DNA of 64,000 bases, from the NCBI GenBank assembly GCA_013239625.1, contig MU053520.1, forward strand, positions 524,934 through 588,933, written 5' to 3'. Every line of letters starts with the position of its first letter. Position 1 is the first letter of the stretch. Origin of the DNA: Lama guanicoe. Its lineage: Eukaryota. Shown piece after piece: positions 1-14,410 of this stretch. The notes beneath the pieces were generated by a model. It saw only the letters and a list, made by a program, of their open reading frames with translations, searched no databases and was not told where the DNA came from. The translations under genes and the position numbers were made by a program.

Positions 1-1329
1 GAGTTGTTCTTATTCCATGATGATTAGAGGGATAGACATTCCTTGCACAAACGGGACGACTTATCTCATTCTACATTCAGGCCCTTCAGATAGTAAAGTT
101 ATCGTCAAAATTGAAAGAGGTCACTCTAGGAATGCTGTGACCGTGGTTTAAAGAGTTCAAGAAAGGACATGGCTTTATGTTTTATGCTATGAAATCCCAA
201 ATGGTAAATTTAACATGACTGGAAAATGAATTATTGTTCACATTTTCCTGAATAATTTGGATAAAATTGATTTGTGATCATCATCATCATCAAAGCAAAG
301 TAACAACCTTGAGGGAGTCATCTGAAGTCAATGGTCACTAGTGACAGGGTTGATGATGCATTATTTAACCAGCATTAAATAAATTATATTAGGAACTGCA
401 GAGGCAAAAGGATATATATTATTTCAACATAAACAGATTCCAAGGAGCTATGTTATTGTGAGTGATGACAGTATTGCTACCTGTATTGTGATAGGAGATC
501 TGAAATTAGCCAGAAACTGTGCAGTTGACAAAAAATAAAACAAAACAAAACAAACACAAAATAGAGATGGTTCCTAGACTAGACAGGAAAAGATGGTACT
601 TGGATACTGCAAAGATTCTTCATATGTACTTGCTAATAGGACAGTAAAAAAAGAAATGAATGCATGCCTTTTCTTTACCATTTTGCTAAGCGTTTATCAA
701 TAAATCACTACACCTCACATGGCCCATGAATTTTATGATGCACTGTTTAATTAAAGTGCTTGTGTATTGAAGGAGCCTTGGGGCCCAGCACACTCAAGAA
801 GTAGTCCTTTTTGTCCCTGTGCTGACTTCTATGCATAAATTCCAAAACAGCATATTTTTATGGCAGTCCTTGAGTACATCCAGTGTATGATGGTTTTGTC
901 TCTGGCTTAATCATTGAAGGAAAAGGAAGATTATCAGCTATGTTTCAGTTTAACCATTTATTCTTTAACAGAGAAGACAGAGGAGGATCACTTCCTTTTC
1001 CGTTATAAATGTCCTAGAGTTTGCTGTGGTTTGACATCTTGTATTTCACTGAAGAAGAAAACCACTATCCTTGTTAGAGAACCCTCTACTGACTTGTGAT
1101 GCTGGGGAATTATGAAAATGTGATCTCATTGGAGTTTTAACTAGATATTGTGTTGGACCAGATCCTGGTGCAGCTGTATGCAGAGTGCTCCTTCTCCAGG
1201 TAAAACACCACTTAATTACAATTGCATGAAGACTGTGATAGATGAACTCAGCAAAGAGATGTGTAGAAATTAGACAAGGTAAAATATATTAAAAAGCATT
1301 TAACTTCACAAGTAAAGCAATCTAATATA

Positions 1330-1930
1330 AAGTGTATTTTGCTTACTGCTTTGGCAAAGTTTAGTTTTTTAAATATTTATCATTGGTAAGCATGTGAGGA
1401 AATGGCCTCTGATTCATTGCAGGCAGGAATGTAAATAAGTTTTTGGAAGGGTAATTTGGATAAAGCTATCAGAAGATTTAAAATATACATATATTTTAGT
1501 TTAACAATTCTACTTCTAGGTAGATATACTCAGTGATATTTCTGTAAAAGTTGAGGTAACTATAATTAAATCAAATCCAAAGGAGAACTAATCTAAATGC
1601 CAAAATAAAATATTACTTATAAATTATATTTTCATACTATCAAGTTTTCTGCAGATATCAGAAATAATGTAAAAGTATCTGAAATTTAGGGAATATAATA
1701 TAGTTCAATAAAAATAGTGAGTTACACCAGTAAGACACATTATTAAAATATATGTGACATATATGTATATATATACAAAAATATTATTTAGCAAAATACT
1801 AACTGTGGTTTTCTCTATATGATGACATTGTGATTATATTCTATGATTATTTTGGTTGTGGGCTTTAAAATTTTTATTTTCTGAATTTTCTACAATGAAA
1901 ATATAGTACTTTTATAAACCAAAAAAAAAA
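1330..1930 (+). mobile_element. Ancient, highly diverged L1 3' end (L1M-type)
   Basis: Degenerate resemblance to the L1 ORF2 C-terminus/3' UTR (cattggtaagcatgtgaggaaatgg...attgcaggcaggaatgtaaa...acaattctacttctagg), ending in an A run at 1921-1930. Confidence 0.5.
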
Positions 1931-4454
1931 GCTATGGTTATAAAAACTTTTATAATCTAAGAAAACTATGTGTCATAATTCTTAAAGCCATTAACTTTTC
2001 CCTCATTCATCCAGGCGCATACATTATCTTCTAACACTGGTTTATATTTATATACTCTACTAATATATCAGTTTTATTAAGATGATCACATTAATGTTTA
2101 GGAAGATTCCAAAGTCATAGCAATTAAGTGATAATAAACTGCTTTCATAAAACATATTTTTTGAATTAGTAAGATAAAGATGCATAAATCTGAAGTCCTC
2201 TGCTCACTGAATTTTTTTATAAATAAATGACTCAGGTCAAGGTGTAAAGCAGTCCCATTACCTAGATCAAGACATAGAACATTCATGTCATCTCAGAAAG
2301 TCATTTCTTGTGATTTTCCACTCCATAGCCATCCCTAGCAGCTTCATTCATGATAGTTACAGAAGTAATAGCAAAATCTACCATTTATTTATCTCATGGC
2401 ATGTCCTTAATTCTGTGCTAGATCCTCTGATTATAATATCTCATTTAATCATACTAATTCTGATACACAATGAAGAAAGGGTGGACTTTTAATATTAATC
2501 AACTTGTCTAAAGTCACACGAACTATTAGTTGCAAATAGAACACAGTTATTTGGCCTCAAACTTGAGAACTTTATCCACATTTTGCAGGCTTTCATTACG
2601 TGGAACAGCGGAGTTTGGTAATAACCACATGCTCCAAATGATGGCTTGACAGTGAAACTAGTTGAGGCATCAAATAATGTAAAACTGACAGAGATTAACA
2701 CTGGAGACATTTAAATGCCCAGGGAGAGATTAATACTGAAGTGCTCTGCACACTCAGGGACTACCTTGGAGAGGTTTTAGGATTAGTCACTCTACTACAT
2801 CATATTATTCCAAGAGAGTCTAATCCTCAGAAAGATTACATGTCCTTCACAATTTCAGGGCAAAATTCTAGCTTTTAGAAAGTTTTGATTAAAAAATAAA
2901 ATAAAATAAACATTGTATGAGCCCAAATGTAAAACAAAATAATTCATCCAGAAATTTACAGAAAACTGCACTAGACAATGGTTAAATTAGCAGAGGTATA
3001 TGAATCTGAAACTAAATTAAAATTCATTTTAACAACTATGTACGTGCAAGTCCTCAGTTCATTACTTTCCAGATAGATTCATTACTCTGCAGAGCTGGAT
3101 GGAAATTTGCATTTCCCCAGGCTGTACTCCTCTGAGTGACTGACCAGGAGTGAGGCTGCTTCTGGACTCACAACATTAATGGACCACATACCAATTAGCA
3201 GCAGAGGAAAGTAGTCTTTACAATGCATGTAAATTAAGTATTCTATCAGCAGGCTTTTCTCTTACAACCGGTTCATGGGAAAATGCACTCTGGAGAACTT
3301 CTCTTTTCCTTTTGCAGCAGCAAAAAGAAAAAAAAAATTATATAGAAGTCAATTCACTCTCAATTCTGCCTCAGAGATAAATTAAAATGGCTATTTGTAT
3401 CAGGCAGGAAAAGGAAGGGTGATTTCCCACATCAGGGAATCGTCATTAAGGATTCAGAGCTCTATCCTCTGGCTGTATTACTCGTATTTATTTCCTGTGG
3501 GTTTAGAGAAGCAAGGATTAGACATGAATGGCATTCTTGACTGCTCATAAGGGATTTGCCTCTAGCCAAACTCCTGCTTTAACTTTACACAGTACCCGAG
3601 TCTCCAGACACTGCCTGTGTGACTCTGTCATCAGGAAAGTTCAGAGTTATGACAGACTCAGAAACAGTGAGACTGGGAAGTCACACAGGTTTGGAGGCAA
3701 AAAACAGCAAGATCAAACAAATACCAGGGGCCCAAGTAAACAAGATAATTCCAGGGGGTGGGGAGAGGGCATTAGGAAAAGAGGATGAACTATAAAGTTC
3801 ATTTTGCTTTCTTTGAACCATTGACAGCTCTCAGATGTAGTATAAAGGACCCAGCCCAGAATCAAAGCCAGACAGCTAATCAACCTCTGCACAGGATATT
3901 GCCCCTTTGAATAACATGCCCTTAATTCCAAAAATCAAAAGCTCATCTGTATTTCAGCTTAATCATATCCACAGAGGAAGCATTCTAGAGACTTGACCTC
4001 TGTTAGCATCAAGGGATCAGTCATGCAAATTAGCACTGGGCCTACAAGCCCTTAGCTAAATTGTACTCATACCAAGAGCAATGTTAAGGGGACCTGGAAA
4101 ATATTATAAATGTCTTTAATTATATCTACTTTTTCTTGAACCCTTTTATGAAGAGCTCTATGCAGAAACTGTACATGTAATTTCTATACTCTGGGCAAAT
4201 TTCAGATTGTAAAGAACTTTCACCCAAACTCTCCCTTCTCTCTCCCATTCTGCCCCCAAACCCAAATATTAGTAATCTACTCTTTCTTGAATATACCTCC
4301 TTTTCCAGTTCCTTATATCACTGGAAATTCTTGATTTAGCAAACTTAGAAGACTTTTTAAAATATTTTGTTTGGATCAGCGAAGGTGCTCTGCACTCTTT
4401 TCCAAAGTATTCTACAATTTACTCACTTAGCCTAGCCACTCTCTGTTCTGAGAA

Positions 4455-4638
4455 CAGTGGATCTCAATCCCGACCACACAGGAGAACCATCTGAAAAACT
4501 TGAGGGAAAAACCCATGCTTTTTTACTCAAGACCAATTAAAATACTCAAGACCAATTAAATCTCCAAGGATTAGGCCTTGACATTGTATCTTAAAAACTC
4601 CCCAGGTGACACTGATAATCATGTGTCAAGAACCCTGT
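4455..4638. mobile_element. MER5-like non-autonomous hAT DNA transposon
   Basis: cagtggatctcaa ... ctccccaggtgacactgat ... aagaaccctg resembles MER5 termini. Contains a tandem duplication of tactcaagaccaattaaa (4524-4560). Confidence 0.55.
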
Positions 4639-6359
4639 ACTATGAGTTTAATACTTACATCAGAGGAAAAGCGACAAAGAACAGAGACATTTCAAAGCTC
4701 CAGCTGATGGTTACCTGCTTCCTCTGTTAGAGGATGAAACTCTGATCAGAGATGAAACTCTGGACATTTTGAACAATTTCCTGTGGCAAGCTAAACAGGA
4801 TATAAGCAAGGGACTCAGTGCCAGGGCTCTAATCCCTGAATCACTCTGTGAGATTACAAACCATGCTTTTATCTCCTTGCAGATCCCTGCCCCAAAAAGC
4901 AATTTCGAGGAAGAAGCTTCAGAACAGAAGTAATCAAAATGCTGCAGCAGGAAATCTATTAGGAAACATACAGCACAAGAAGAAAAATATCAGGCAGCCT
5001 TCATTCAGTTCCCCAAAGCCCAGAGAAACACTGATTTGAAGACTAGAAAAATACCATCAATAACACTAGTGTATCTTCTAACCTGAAAGAAACTATTTGA
5101 GTGAATATGATGCTTGAATGCAGAGCCTCTGACTCTTGTTGTAAGGATACAGGTTGTCTAAAAAGACCTTGGAGTGCTTGTGGGCAACAATTTGATTTGT
5201 AAAACTTTTTACTTCCTACCCTCAAGCCTCTTATCCAGTGACTATCTAATGATGAATGCCATTTCCAAGGCTGTATGTTGACAGAGGAAGTGAGGGATAG
5301 ATTAAGTACAGATTAGTGATCAACAGCCTCAACTGAGCAGGCAATATTTCTGTGCAGTCTTTTCTATTTCTTGACACCTTGCTGGCCAACTCTCCACAAT
5401 GGCCATAGCAAAACATACACCTTCTCCTCAAATGTGTAATACCCCAAACTGCGCCTCTCACCACATAGCTTTTGTTCATTCAGAGTGTCTATTTCCTTAT
5501 AATTTTGGCTTGCTGATGGCCCATTGTGGCCACTCAGACCCCTCTTTATATCAGGACTCTTCAACCTCACTAGCAATGGAAAATTCCTCTCTCTCCCTTT
5601 CTCATTTTCTCCATATCTTCCTGCTTGTCTTTCTCTTCATATTTTTATTCAGCACTAAAGGGATCTAGTTGCTTCAGGTAATTTTTTTGACACCAGACCT
5701 CATCAAAAATCTCTGAGTCAGACTTTGTTCCTTGAGTATCTTCTCTGGGGGCAACACTTCTCTGTAAAAGATGTTTTAGGTAAGAATGAAACTGCATCAA
5801 ATCCTTTTCTGCTTTTATGGCTGAGCTATTATACCAGTCTTGCATTCTCTTTGAGTCCAAATAATTCTGCTATTCAGCAGGGATGAGACAATTTACTGAC
5901 AGCTTAATGCTTAGCTAGCATGGCAAAGTTCCAATTATGCTGGGTTGTCTTTTTCCAACATTACCATCAGAGGTTAACATTCTGGAAATATTGAGCAGAG
6001 TCTCATAGAACAACCTAATCAGGTTAACTTGCTAAGTAATTACTGTACATATAAATGCTTTTATATTTGAGAGTAACTTTATAAATGCATTTAAATTAAA
6101 GATTGTTGTTTTTAATTACACAAAAAAAGGATTTTCCATACATTAATGACTTCTTAAGCATCTAAAGACAAGTGAAAATAAGTGTTTGATGCGTTGGGTG
6201 CTGGGTGTATCGGAGTGGGAATATAGATCTTACAATTGCGTTCAACTTACTCAGCTTGTGCAGAAGGTAAACATGATTTAGTTCTTTAAAAGATAAAGAT
6301 GATTTGGTCAAAATCTATTATTCATTTATTCCCCTGGGAAGCCAGAGATTTTTGTTGAT

Positions 6360-8750
6360 TTTTTAAATGTATTTTAGATTTTTATTAGAATTATACAAGC
6401 ACACACATCATTTAAAATCCAAACAATGTTATCAGGCTCATAATAAAATGGAACAGCCCTCTTCCCATGGCATCCCAGTACGCAGACTTACTTCTCAGAA
6501 GCAACCATTTCTGTGTTTCAAAACTATTTGCTTACAGTGCTATTTGCATTAAAGTTTTTTAGATTTCATTCATGGCAGATAAGAGTTTAACTTTCTGACT
6601 CCCATCCCCATATTCTTTTATTCCCTTCCATGAACCTTCCAAACTTGACTCAATTTCATGGAATTTTTTTTATCATTTTGTAGTCATAATAGTATTATTC
6701 TTATTGGTAAATATTGTTCACTATTGCACCTAGTAATATAATAATGCTTCCATTCCTGTACATTTTGCTCTTCTTAGATTTTATTTATTTTTTTAATTGA
6801 AGTATAGTCAGTTTTCAATGTTGTATCAATTTCTGATGAATAGCATAATGTTTCAGTCATGCATACACAAGGATATATTCCTTTTCATATTCTTTTTCAT
6901 TATAGCTTACTACAAGATACTGAATGTAGTTCCCTGTGCTTTACAGTAGAAACTTATTGTTTATCTGTTTTATATATAGTAGTTAGTGTCTGCAAATTTT
7001 AAATTTCCAAGTTATTCCTCCCCATCCCCTTTTCTTCCCCTGGTAACCATAAGTTTGTATTCTATGTCTATGAGTCTGTTTCTCTTTGTTAAATAAGTTC
7101 ATTTGTGTCATTTTTTTTTTGATAGCACATATGAATGATATCATATGGTATTTTTCTTTCTCTTTAGAATAATGATCTATAATGATCTCCAAGTCCATCC
7201 ATGTTCCTGCAAATGACATTATTTTATTCTTTTTTTATATGGCTGAGTAGTATTCCGTTGTATAAATATACCACCCTTTCTTTATCCAGTCATGTGACGA
7301 AGGACATTTAAGTTGTTTCCATGTCTTGGCTGTTGTATATAGTGCTGCTATAAACATTGGGGTGCACATATCTTTTCAAATTAGAGTTCCCTCTAGATAT
7401 ATGCCCAGAAGAGGGATTGCTGAATCATAGAGTAAGTCTATTTTTAGCTTTTTGTGGAATCTCCATAGTGTTTTCCAAAATGGCTGTATCAAACTATATT
7501 CTCACCAACAGTGTAGGAGCGTTCCCTTTTCCCCACACCCTCTTGTAGCATTTCTTGTTTGAACGTTTTAATGATGGCCATTCTGGCTGGTGTGCGGTGA
7601 TACCTCATTGTAGTTTTGATTTGCATTTCTCTGATAATTAGCGATATTGAACATTTTTTCATGTGCCTATTGGCCATTTGTATGTCTTTTAGATTTTATA
7701 TTTGTTTCATTTTTAAACAACTATTCTATGTAAAGATTTAATGGTTTTATAAATCCCAAACATACTTTTCAAACACCTACTAGTATTATTTTCAAAATAC
7801 TCAAAATAATTTTGATTATGTATTCTCCAAATATTCAAATGCATCAAGAAACCTTTCATATCCATGTTTCCATGCATACATTTTTATTCTCTACCCTCTT
7901 GAACATCTCCCTAGAAGAGTGATCTATCTTTCTGCTACAAACTAATGAATAGATCTATAAGTCACAGCTATACAGTGTCTACTATGGATTCTTTATACCA
8001 TAAAATACATTATTCTCTGGGCAGCATGTCTATGTTAAGTGCCTTACTTCTTAGATCCTACATTTACTTCTTTCTTTGTTTATTTCTTAACTTTTTATAG
8101 TAGTTACCAATTATGGATGCATCGAGACAAAATTTTTGAGACTATTAATGTCTTAAAATGCCTTTGTCCCCTTCTTACATTTTGTTAATAATAGACTTGG
8201 TCAAGAGTTAGACTTTAGAAACTTCAGAATTTTGAGGTTATTGATCCATTGTCTCTTAACTTCCAATATTTATGTATGTAAGTTTAATGTAAAACTGATC
8301 CTTTTCTTTTTTTTTTTGTCTTTTTCAGGAATCTTTTAGCACTTTATCTAGTTGTAGAAAAATGTCACTGATGTGTTTTAACATTGGTCTTTTATTTTCT
8401 TTATGTAGTGTACTTGGCTCTCCCTGGAACCATAAGTATGCCCTTTTATTTTCATGCTTCATTAAATTTTAGAGAACATCCACCTTTTATTTTCTCTAAT
8501 CCCTGCTAGTTGATCTCTTAACTATTTTCTTAATTTTCATATATTTTATCTCTTATTTTTCATCTTCATTTTTATCTATGTAGTTCTACTTTATGGGAGA
8601 CATTCTTGATGTATCTCCTAATGATTTTACTAAAAATATTAAGCTTCAATTATGGGATTTACAAATTTTGACAGTTCTTATTCTTCCTTCTTTCTCTAAT
8701 AAAATGCTTGTTTTATAAATGTTAAATATGCTCATTTGTCTGAGCAATCA
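6360..8750 (-). mobile_element. Ancient eutherian HAL1/L1M-type remnant, split by a younger L1 at 6785-7688
   Basis: 6360-6780 resembles the HAL1 3' end and 8100-8720 resembles a decayed ORF1 region in antisense. Recognised by pattern only. Confidence 0.4.
6785..7688 (-). mobile_element. 5'-truncated L1 (ORF2 C-terminus, 3' UTR, poly(A))
   Basis: ORFs [27 protein letters not shown] and MSFAGTWMDLE are the L1 ORF2 C-terminus. 11-bp TSD ttagattttat at 6774-6784 and 7689-7699. Confidence 0.95.
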
Positions 8751-8878
8751 TTTGTTTTAATAGGTACAATTAAGTAAATATCACCATGCACCAAATGCTT
8801 TTCTAAGCACATTTTATAATCATCTTATTTAATTCCTGTGATCACTTTTAATGGTTTCAGAAATATTAGGAAAATTTT

Positions 8879-10282
8879 ATACTGTCCAAAGAAGTGTACA
8901 GATTTAATGCAATCTCTATCAAATTACCCAGGACATACTTCACAGAACTAGAACAAATCATAATAAAATTTATATGGAATCAAAAAAGACCTAGAATTTC
9001 CAAAGCATTATTGAAGAAAAAGAAAGAAGCTGGAGGAATAACCCTCCCAGACTTCAGACAATACTGTAGAGCTACAGTCATCAGAACAGCATGGTATTGG
9101 TACAAAAACAGACATATAGACCAATGGAACAGAAAAAAGAGCCCAGAAAACTTCTGGCCAACTAATCTTCGACAAAGGAGGCAAGAATCTACAGTGGAAT
9201 AAAGACAGTCTCTTCAGCAAATGGTGCTGGGAAAACTGGACAGCAGCATGTAAATCAATGAAGCTAGAACACTCCCTTACACCATACACAAAAATAAACT
9301 CAAAACATATCAAAGACTTAAATGTAAGACAAGGTACAATAAACCTCCTAGAACAAAATATAGACAAAACATTATCTGATATACATCTCAAAAATATTCT
9401 TGTAGAGCAATCTATCCAAGCAATAGAAATAAAGGCAAGAATAAACAAATGGGACCTAATGAAACTTACAAGCTTCTGCACAGCAAAGAAAACCATAAAC
9501 AAAACAAAATGGCAGCCTACAGAATGAGAGAAAATTTTTGCAAATGATGAAACTGACAAAGGCTTGATGTCCAGAATATATAAGCAGCTCACACAACTAA
9601 ATAAGAAAAAAAACAAACAACCCAATCCAAAAATGGGCCAAAGATCTAAACAAGCAATTCTCTAAGAAAGAAATATAAATGATCAATAGGCACATGAAAA
9701 AAATGCTCAATATCACTAATTATCAGAGAAATGCAAATCAAAACTTCAATGAGGTATCACCTCACACTAGCCAGAATGGCCATCATTCAAAGTCCACAAA
9801 TGACAAATGCTGGAGAGGCTGTGGAGAAAAGGGAATCCTCGGACACTGCTGATGGGAATGCAGTTTGGTGCAGCCACTGTGCAATACAGTATGGAGATTC
9901 CTCAAAAGACTAGGAATAGACTTATAGGACACAGTAATCCCACTCCTGGGCATATATCCAGAAGGAACCCCACTTTTTTTCAAAAAGACACTTACACCCC
10001 AATGTTCACAGCAGTACTATTTATAATAGACAAGACATGGAAAAGGCCTAAATGTCCATCAACAGATGACTGGATAAAGAAGAGGTGGTATATTTATACA
10101 ATGGAATACTATTCAGCCATAAAAATGACAACATAACACCATTTGCAGCAACATGGATGTCCCTGGAGAATGTCATTTTAAGTGAAGTAAGCCAGAAAGA
10201 GAAAGAAAAATGTCATATGAGACTGCTCATATGTGGAATCTTAAAAAAAAAAAAGGAAGAAAGAGAGAAAGGAAGAAAGAAA

Positions 10283-10340
<58 letters not shown>

Positions 10341-10678
10341 AAAAAAGGAAAAGAAAAAGACAAATGACCATAAATGCGAAACAGACTCATAGACACAGAA
10401 TACAAACTTGTGGTTGCCAAGAGGGAGGGGGTAGGGACGGACAGACTGGGAGTTTGAGATTTATAGTTACTGACAGGTATATATAGAATAGATAAACAAG
10501 ATTATACTGTATAACACAGGGAAATATATGCAAGATCTTGTGGTAGCTTATGGTGAAAAAGAATGGAACAATGAATATATGTATGTTCATGTATAACTGA
10601 AAAATTGTGCTCTTCCCTGGAAGTTGACACAACATTGTAAACTGACTATAACTTAATAAAATAAAATTAAAAAAAAGA
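8879..10678 (+). mobile_element. Young 5'-truncated L1 (3' third of ORF2, 3' UTR, poly(A))
   Basis: [11 protein letters not shown]...AGGITLPDF...[43 protein letters not shown]-rich tail. Candidate TSD core agaaatatta at 8859 and 10676. Confidence 0.97.
10243..10360 (+). repeat. (GAAA)n polypurine microsatellite in the L1 3' UTR
   Basis: Directly visible aagaaagaaagaaag array. Confidence 0.95.
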
Positions 10679-11179
10679 AATATTATGACCATTTTAAAGA
10701 GGAAGATATCAAGTCAAATCTTTTAAAATGTCAGTTAATCCTGATTATGAAAGTATTATTCACTTTTTACCAAGTAAGATAATTATGTTTTTAATTTATA
10801 CACAATTTTGTTGTTGATAAAGGCCAATGACAATTCAGTTTAATTGGAGATCTCAAACTCTGCTATCAGTTGTATGGAACTGCATACTACATGAGTGGAG
10901 GTGCTGCTTCATTATCTATACAGTTTTATACTTTTAGTTAATTTATTTTTGTGTATATCATATGGTCATTTTTTTCAGATTTCTTATATATCAGTCTTCT
11001 TAGAGAGGGCAAATTTTTATTTGCTTTGTAAATCAGTATCCATCTCAGTGGCTGGAAATGTAGTGGTTAAAAAATCATTGAAAATTGAACAAACTTTTGG
11101 TAAGCAAACAGTTGCTGCTAATTTTATCTTATGTGTCAATATCACCTTTTATAGTTTTAAGTTCTTCAGTTAAGACTAG

Positions 11180-11350
11180 GACTTATCTGTAGGGGAGGTA
11201 ATATTTGTTTCAATTATCTTATCCATAAAGAAGAGGTAATGATACTATATTCTTCCTGGAATTGTTGTAGAAATTAGAATATATTGCATGTATAGTGTTT
11301 AGCATACTGCACAATACATGTACAATACTCAGCAACTGTTCACTTCTACC
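11180..11350 (+). mobile_element. MIR SINE fragment
   Basis: ttatcttatccataaagaagaggtaatgatactatattcttcctggaattgttgtagaaattaga...gtgtttagcatactgc resembles the MIR core. Confidence 0.5.
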
Positions 11351-12504
11351 ATTATTCATTCTTGCCGTCATTATTCAAGATATAGGAATAATGCATTATT
11401 TTATTTGGGCTAGTTTAAGATAAAACCTGGTCTACATAAAGGAACTTTAATTACATAATAAAATGCATTATATGTCACTGTTTTAAGTATCATGCTGCCT
11501 CTAAACAATGTAATGCATTGTGACAGCTTTATTTTGAAAAGCAATTTAGGTCACTATTTGAAGCTTCTGAATAAATATTCTTTCAAATGTTATAATATTC
11601 AGAAATCCACGTATACTAACCTACTAGGAAATTCACCTATTATGTAAAGCATTATAAGCCTATAAATCTTTGGCTATTGTCTCTAATCTAAATTATTCCC
11701 CCATCTTCCTATAAAGCTATATGTAGCATTTTATTAAGTTTTTATTAAAATACCTATCACAATTATTTTCCATTCATTTATTGGTTTGTCTTTTCCTCCT
11801 TACTAGATTCAAAGCTCCTGTGTTAAAAGAGTATCTTTTATTACTCCCAGGGACTATAATCAGATCCAGCTATGGGGGCAACTTGAGAAATATTTGTTGA
11901 AGTGAATGTATAAGCACAAAATTAAGATTAAATTTATATATCACAGTTATATGGAACTATAGAGTAAAATTATTTTTCTGGGAACATACAAGTTTCCTTA
12001 TGCCACAATTCTTTGAAAATTACTATATTCCTCAAAATTAATGCATATGTGTCATTTGTGTGCAAGGCAAATGCTACTAAAAACAAAATGGTATATGTCT
12101 GTAATTGAGCCTTCAGTAGTGTTTACAGATTTTTATTGATCAGTCAAACCCTTTATGGTGTTCTAATGAACAGCAACATACATTTTTAGCATGGGCTCCA
12201 CTAAGATCATAAACACAGCAAAATTAACTAACCCATAAATGAATCAAATTCAGACTTTATCTAATAAGTAGTGTGATCTACTAGGGATGTACCCAACTAT
12301 GAGCTTTAAGTACTTCCTTAGAAAATTATTAGATCATCTCTCTTCTAAAGAAATGTTTATCCTATCATCCTTTTAAGACAAACTGATATGCAAAAACAAT
12401 CAGTGTTGCAAAACACAAATAAGATGGTGTTGCTAAGAAAACTCAAGTGAAAAACAAATGTTTTGTGTTTTTGTTTTGTCTCATTGAAATTTATTTTAAA
12501 ATTT

Positions 12505-14410
12505 CGGGCCCAAATGGGTCACTAATGAATTCCAATGGACAATTAAGGGAAAAATATATATATATACCAGTTCTCTATAATGTCTTCCAGAGTTTGAAGC
12601 AGAGGAAACATTTCTTAACCTATTACCTAATTACAATTTAATTACCTTATTGATCTACAGCTTCAATACAATTGGAATCAAAATTCCAGCAAATGACTGC
12701 AGATATTGAAATATTCATTCCAGAGTTTATATGGAGAGACTAAAGACAGAATAGTAAACACAATGTTGAAGGAGAGGAACAGAGTAGGAAGATTCACACT
12801 ACCAGGCTTCAAGATTAACTTGTAAAGCTACAGCAAATAAGATAGGGTGATGTTGGTGAAAGAATAAATAAACAGATCAATGGAACAGAATAAAGAGCTC
12901 AGAAATAGACTCCCATAAATAAAATCACTTGATTATTGACATTGGGGCAAAGGCAATACAACGAGCAAAGACAGTCCTTTCAACAAATGGTACTGGAATG
13001 ACTAGACATCACTATACAAAAAAAAGAAGAAGAAGAAGAAGAAAAGAAAGCAAAACACAGACATTATAACTTTAATGCCTTAAGAAAAAAACTGACTCAA
13101 AACAGATCATAAATATAAAATGCAAAACTATCAAAATCCTAGAAGGTAACATAGGAGAAAATATTTTATATGACCTTGGCTGTGGTGATGACTTTTCAGA
13201 TACAGTATTACCGAAGCATAATCCATGATAGAATTGATATGACTTTATTAAAATTTAAAAAAAAGGAAAACTTTTGCTCTACCAGAAGACATTGTGAAGA
13301 GAATGAGAAGATAAGCCACAGAATGGGAGAAAATATTTGCAGAAGACATATAAGATAAAAGATTGTTAGTTGATACAAAGAACACTTAGAATTCCACAGT
13401 AAGAAAGCAAATAATCTGATTAAAAAATGTACAAAATATCTGAATTCACATCTCACTAAAGAAGCTACACAGATGGAAAAGAAGCATATGGAAAAATGCC
13501 CCACATCACATGTCATTATGGAATTGAAAATTAAAACAATAACAAGCACAACTACATATCTATAAGAATGGTCAAAATTCAAACATTGACAATACCAAAT
13601 GCTGGTGAGGATGTGGGACTCTCATTTATTCCTCATGGGAATGCAAAATAGGCTAGCCACTTTGGAAGACAGACTGGTAGTTGCTTACAAAAGCAAACAC
13701 ACTCTTACCATGCATTCCAGCAATTGTGCTCCTTGACATTTGCCCAAATGAAAATAAAAACTAATGTTCGCACAAAAACCTGCACATTTGTTGTTTATAG
13801 CAGCTTCATTTATAATTGTCAAAATTTGGAAGCAACCAAGATATCCTCTAGTCCATAAGTGGATTAATTACTGTGGTACAACCAGACAATGGAATATTAC
13901 TCAGGCTGAAAAAGAAATGACCTATTGAGTCATGAAAATAGATAGAGGAAACTTAAATGCATATTACTAAGTTAAGCCAATCAGAAAAGGCAAGTTGGAA
14001 TCTTATATACAGTGGTAAGATTCCAACTACATAACAATCTGGGAAAAACAAAACTATGGCAACAAGAAAAAGATCATAGTAATTTCCAGTGTTTGATGGG
14101 GAGCAGGGAGACATAAACAGAACACAGAGGGCAGTGAAAGTATTCTGTATGCCACTACAATGATAGATAAATACCATTAGATATTTGTCCATATCCACCG
14201 AATATACAATACTAAGAGTGAATCCTAGTAAACATTATGGACTTTGGTTGATAATGAACAGTCAGTGTACATTAATTGATAGCAACTAATGTTATCTCTC
14301 TGGTGTGGGATATTGACAAGGGGAGAAACTTGGGGGTGGGATTGTCAGGGTCTATAAGAACTTTACATACATTTTACTAAGATTTTCTGTGAACCTAAGG
14401 CTTCTCTAAA
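12505..14410 (+). mobile_element. Old L1 (L1MC-like): ORF2 fragments and 3' UTR
   Basis: Degenerate GPNG..NEF...IPVLYNVFQ piece, then gatcaatggaacagaataaagagc and aacaaatggtactgg ORF2 motifs, then a long L1MC-type 3' UTR. Confidence 0.85.

Noticed and set aside
4652..4933. ~94-codon stop-free frame with a gatgaaactctg repeat (DETLIRDETL)
   Set aside because: No early start codon, no convincing splice sites and no recognisable protein. This length is expected by chance.
5645..5860. 71-aa minus-strand ORF with protein-like composition
   Set aside because: Starts at TTG, has no recognisable homology and no supporting exon structure.
9008..9625. 205-aa minus-strand ORF, the longest in the window
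   Set aside because: It is the antisense frame of L1 ORF2. The F/L/S-rich composition mirrors the A-rich sense strand.
10085..10486. K/E/R-rich ORFs
   Set aside because: Translation of the (GAAA)n microsatellite.
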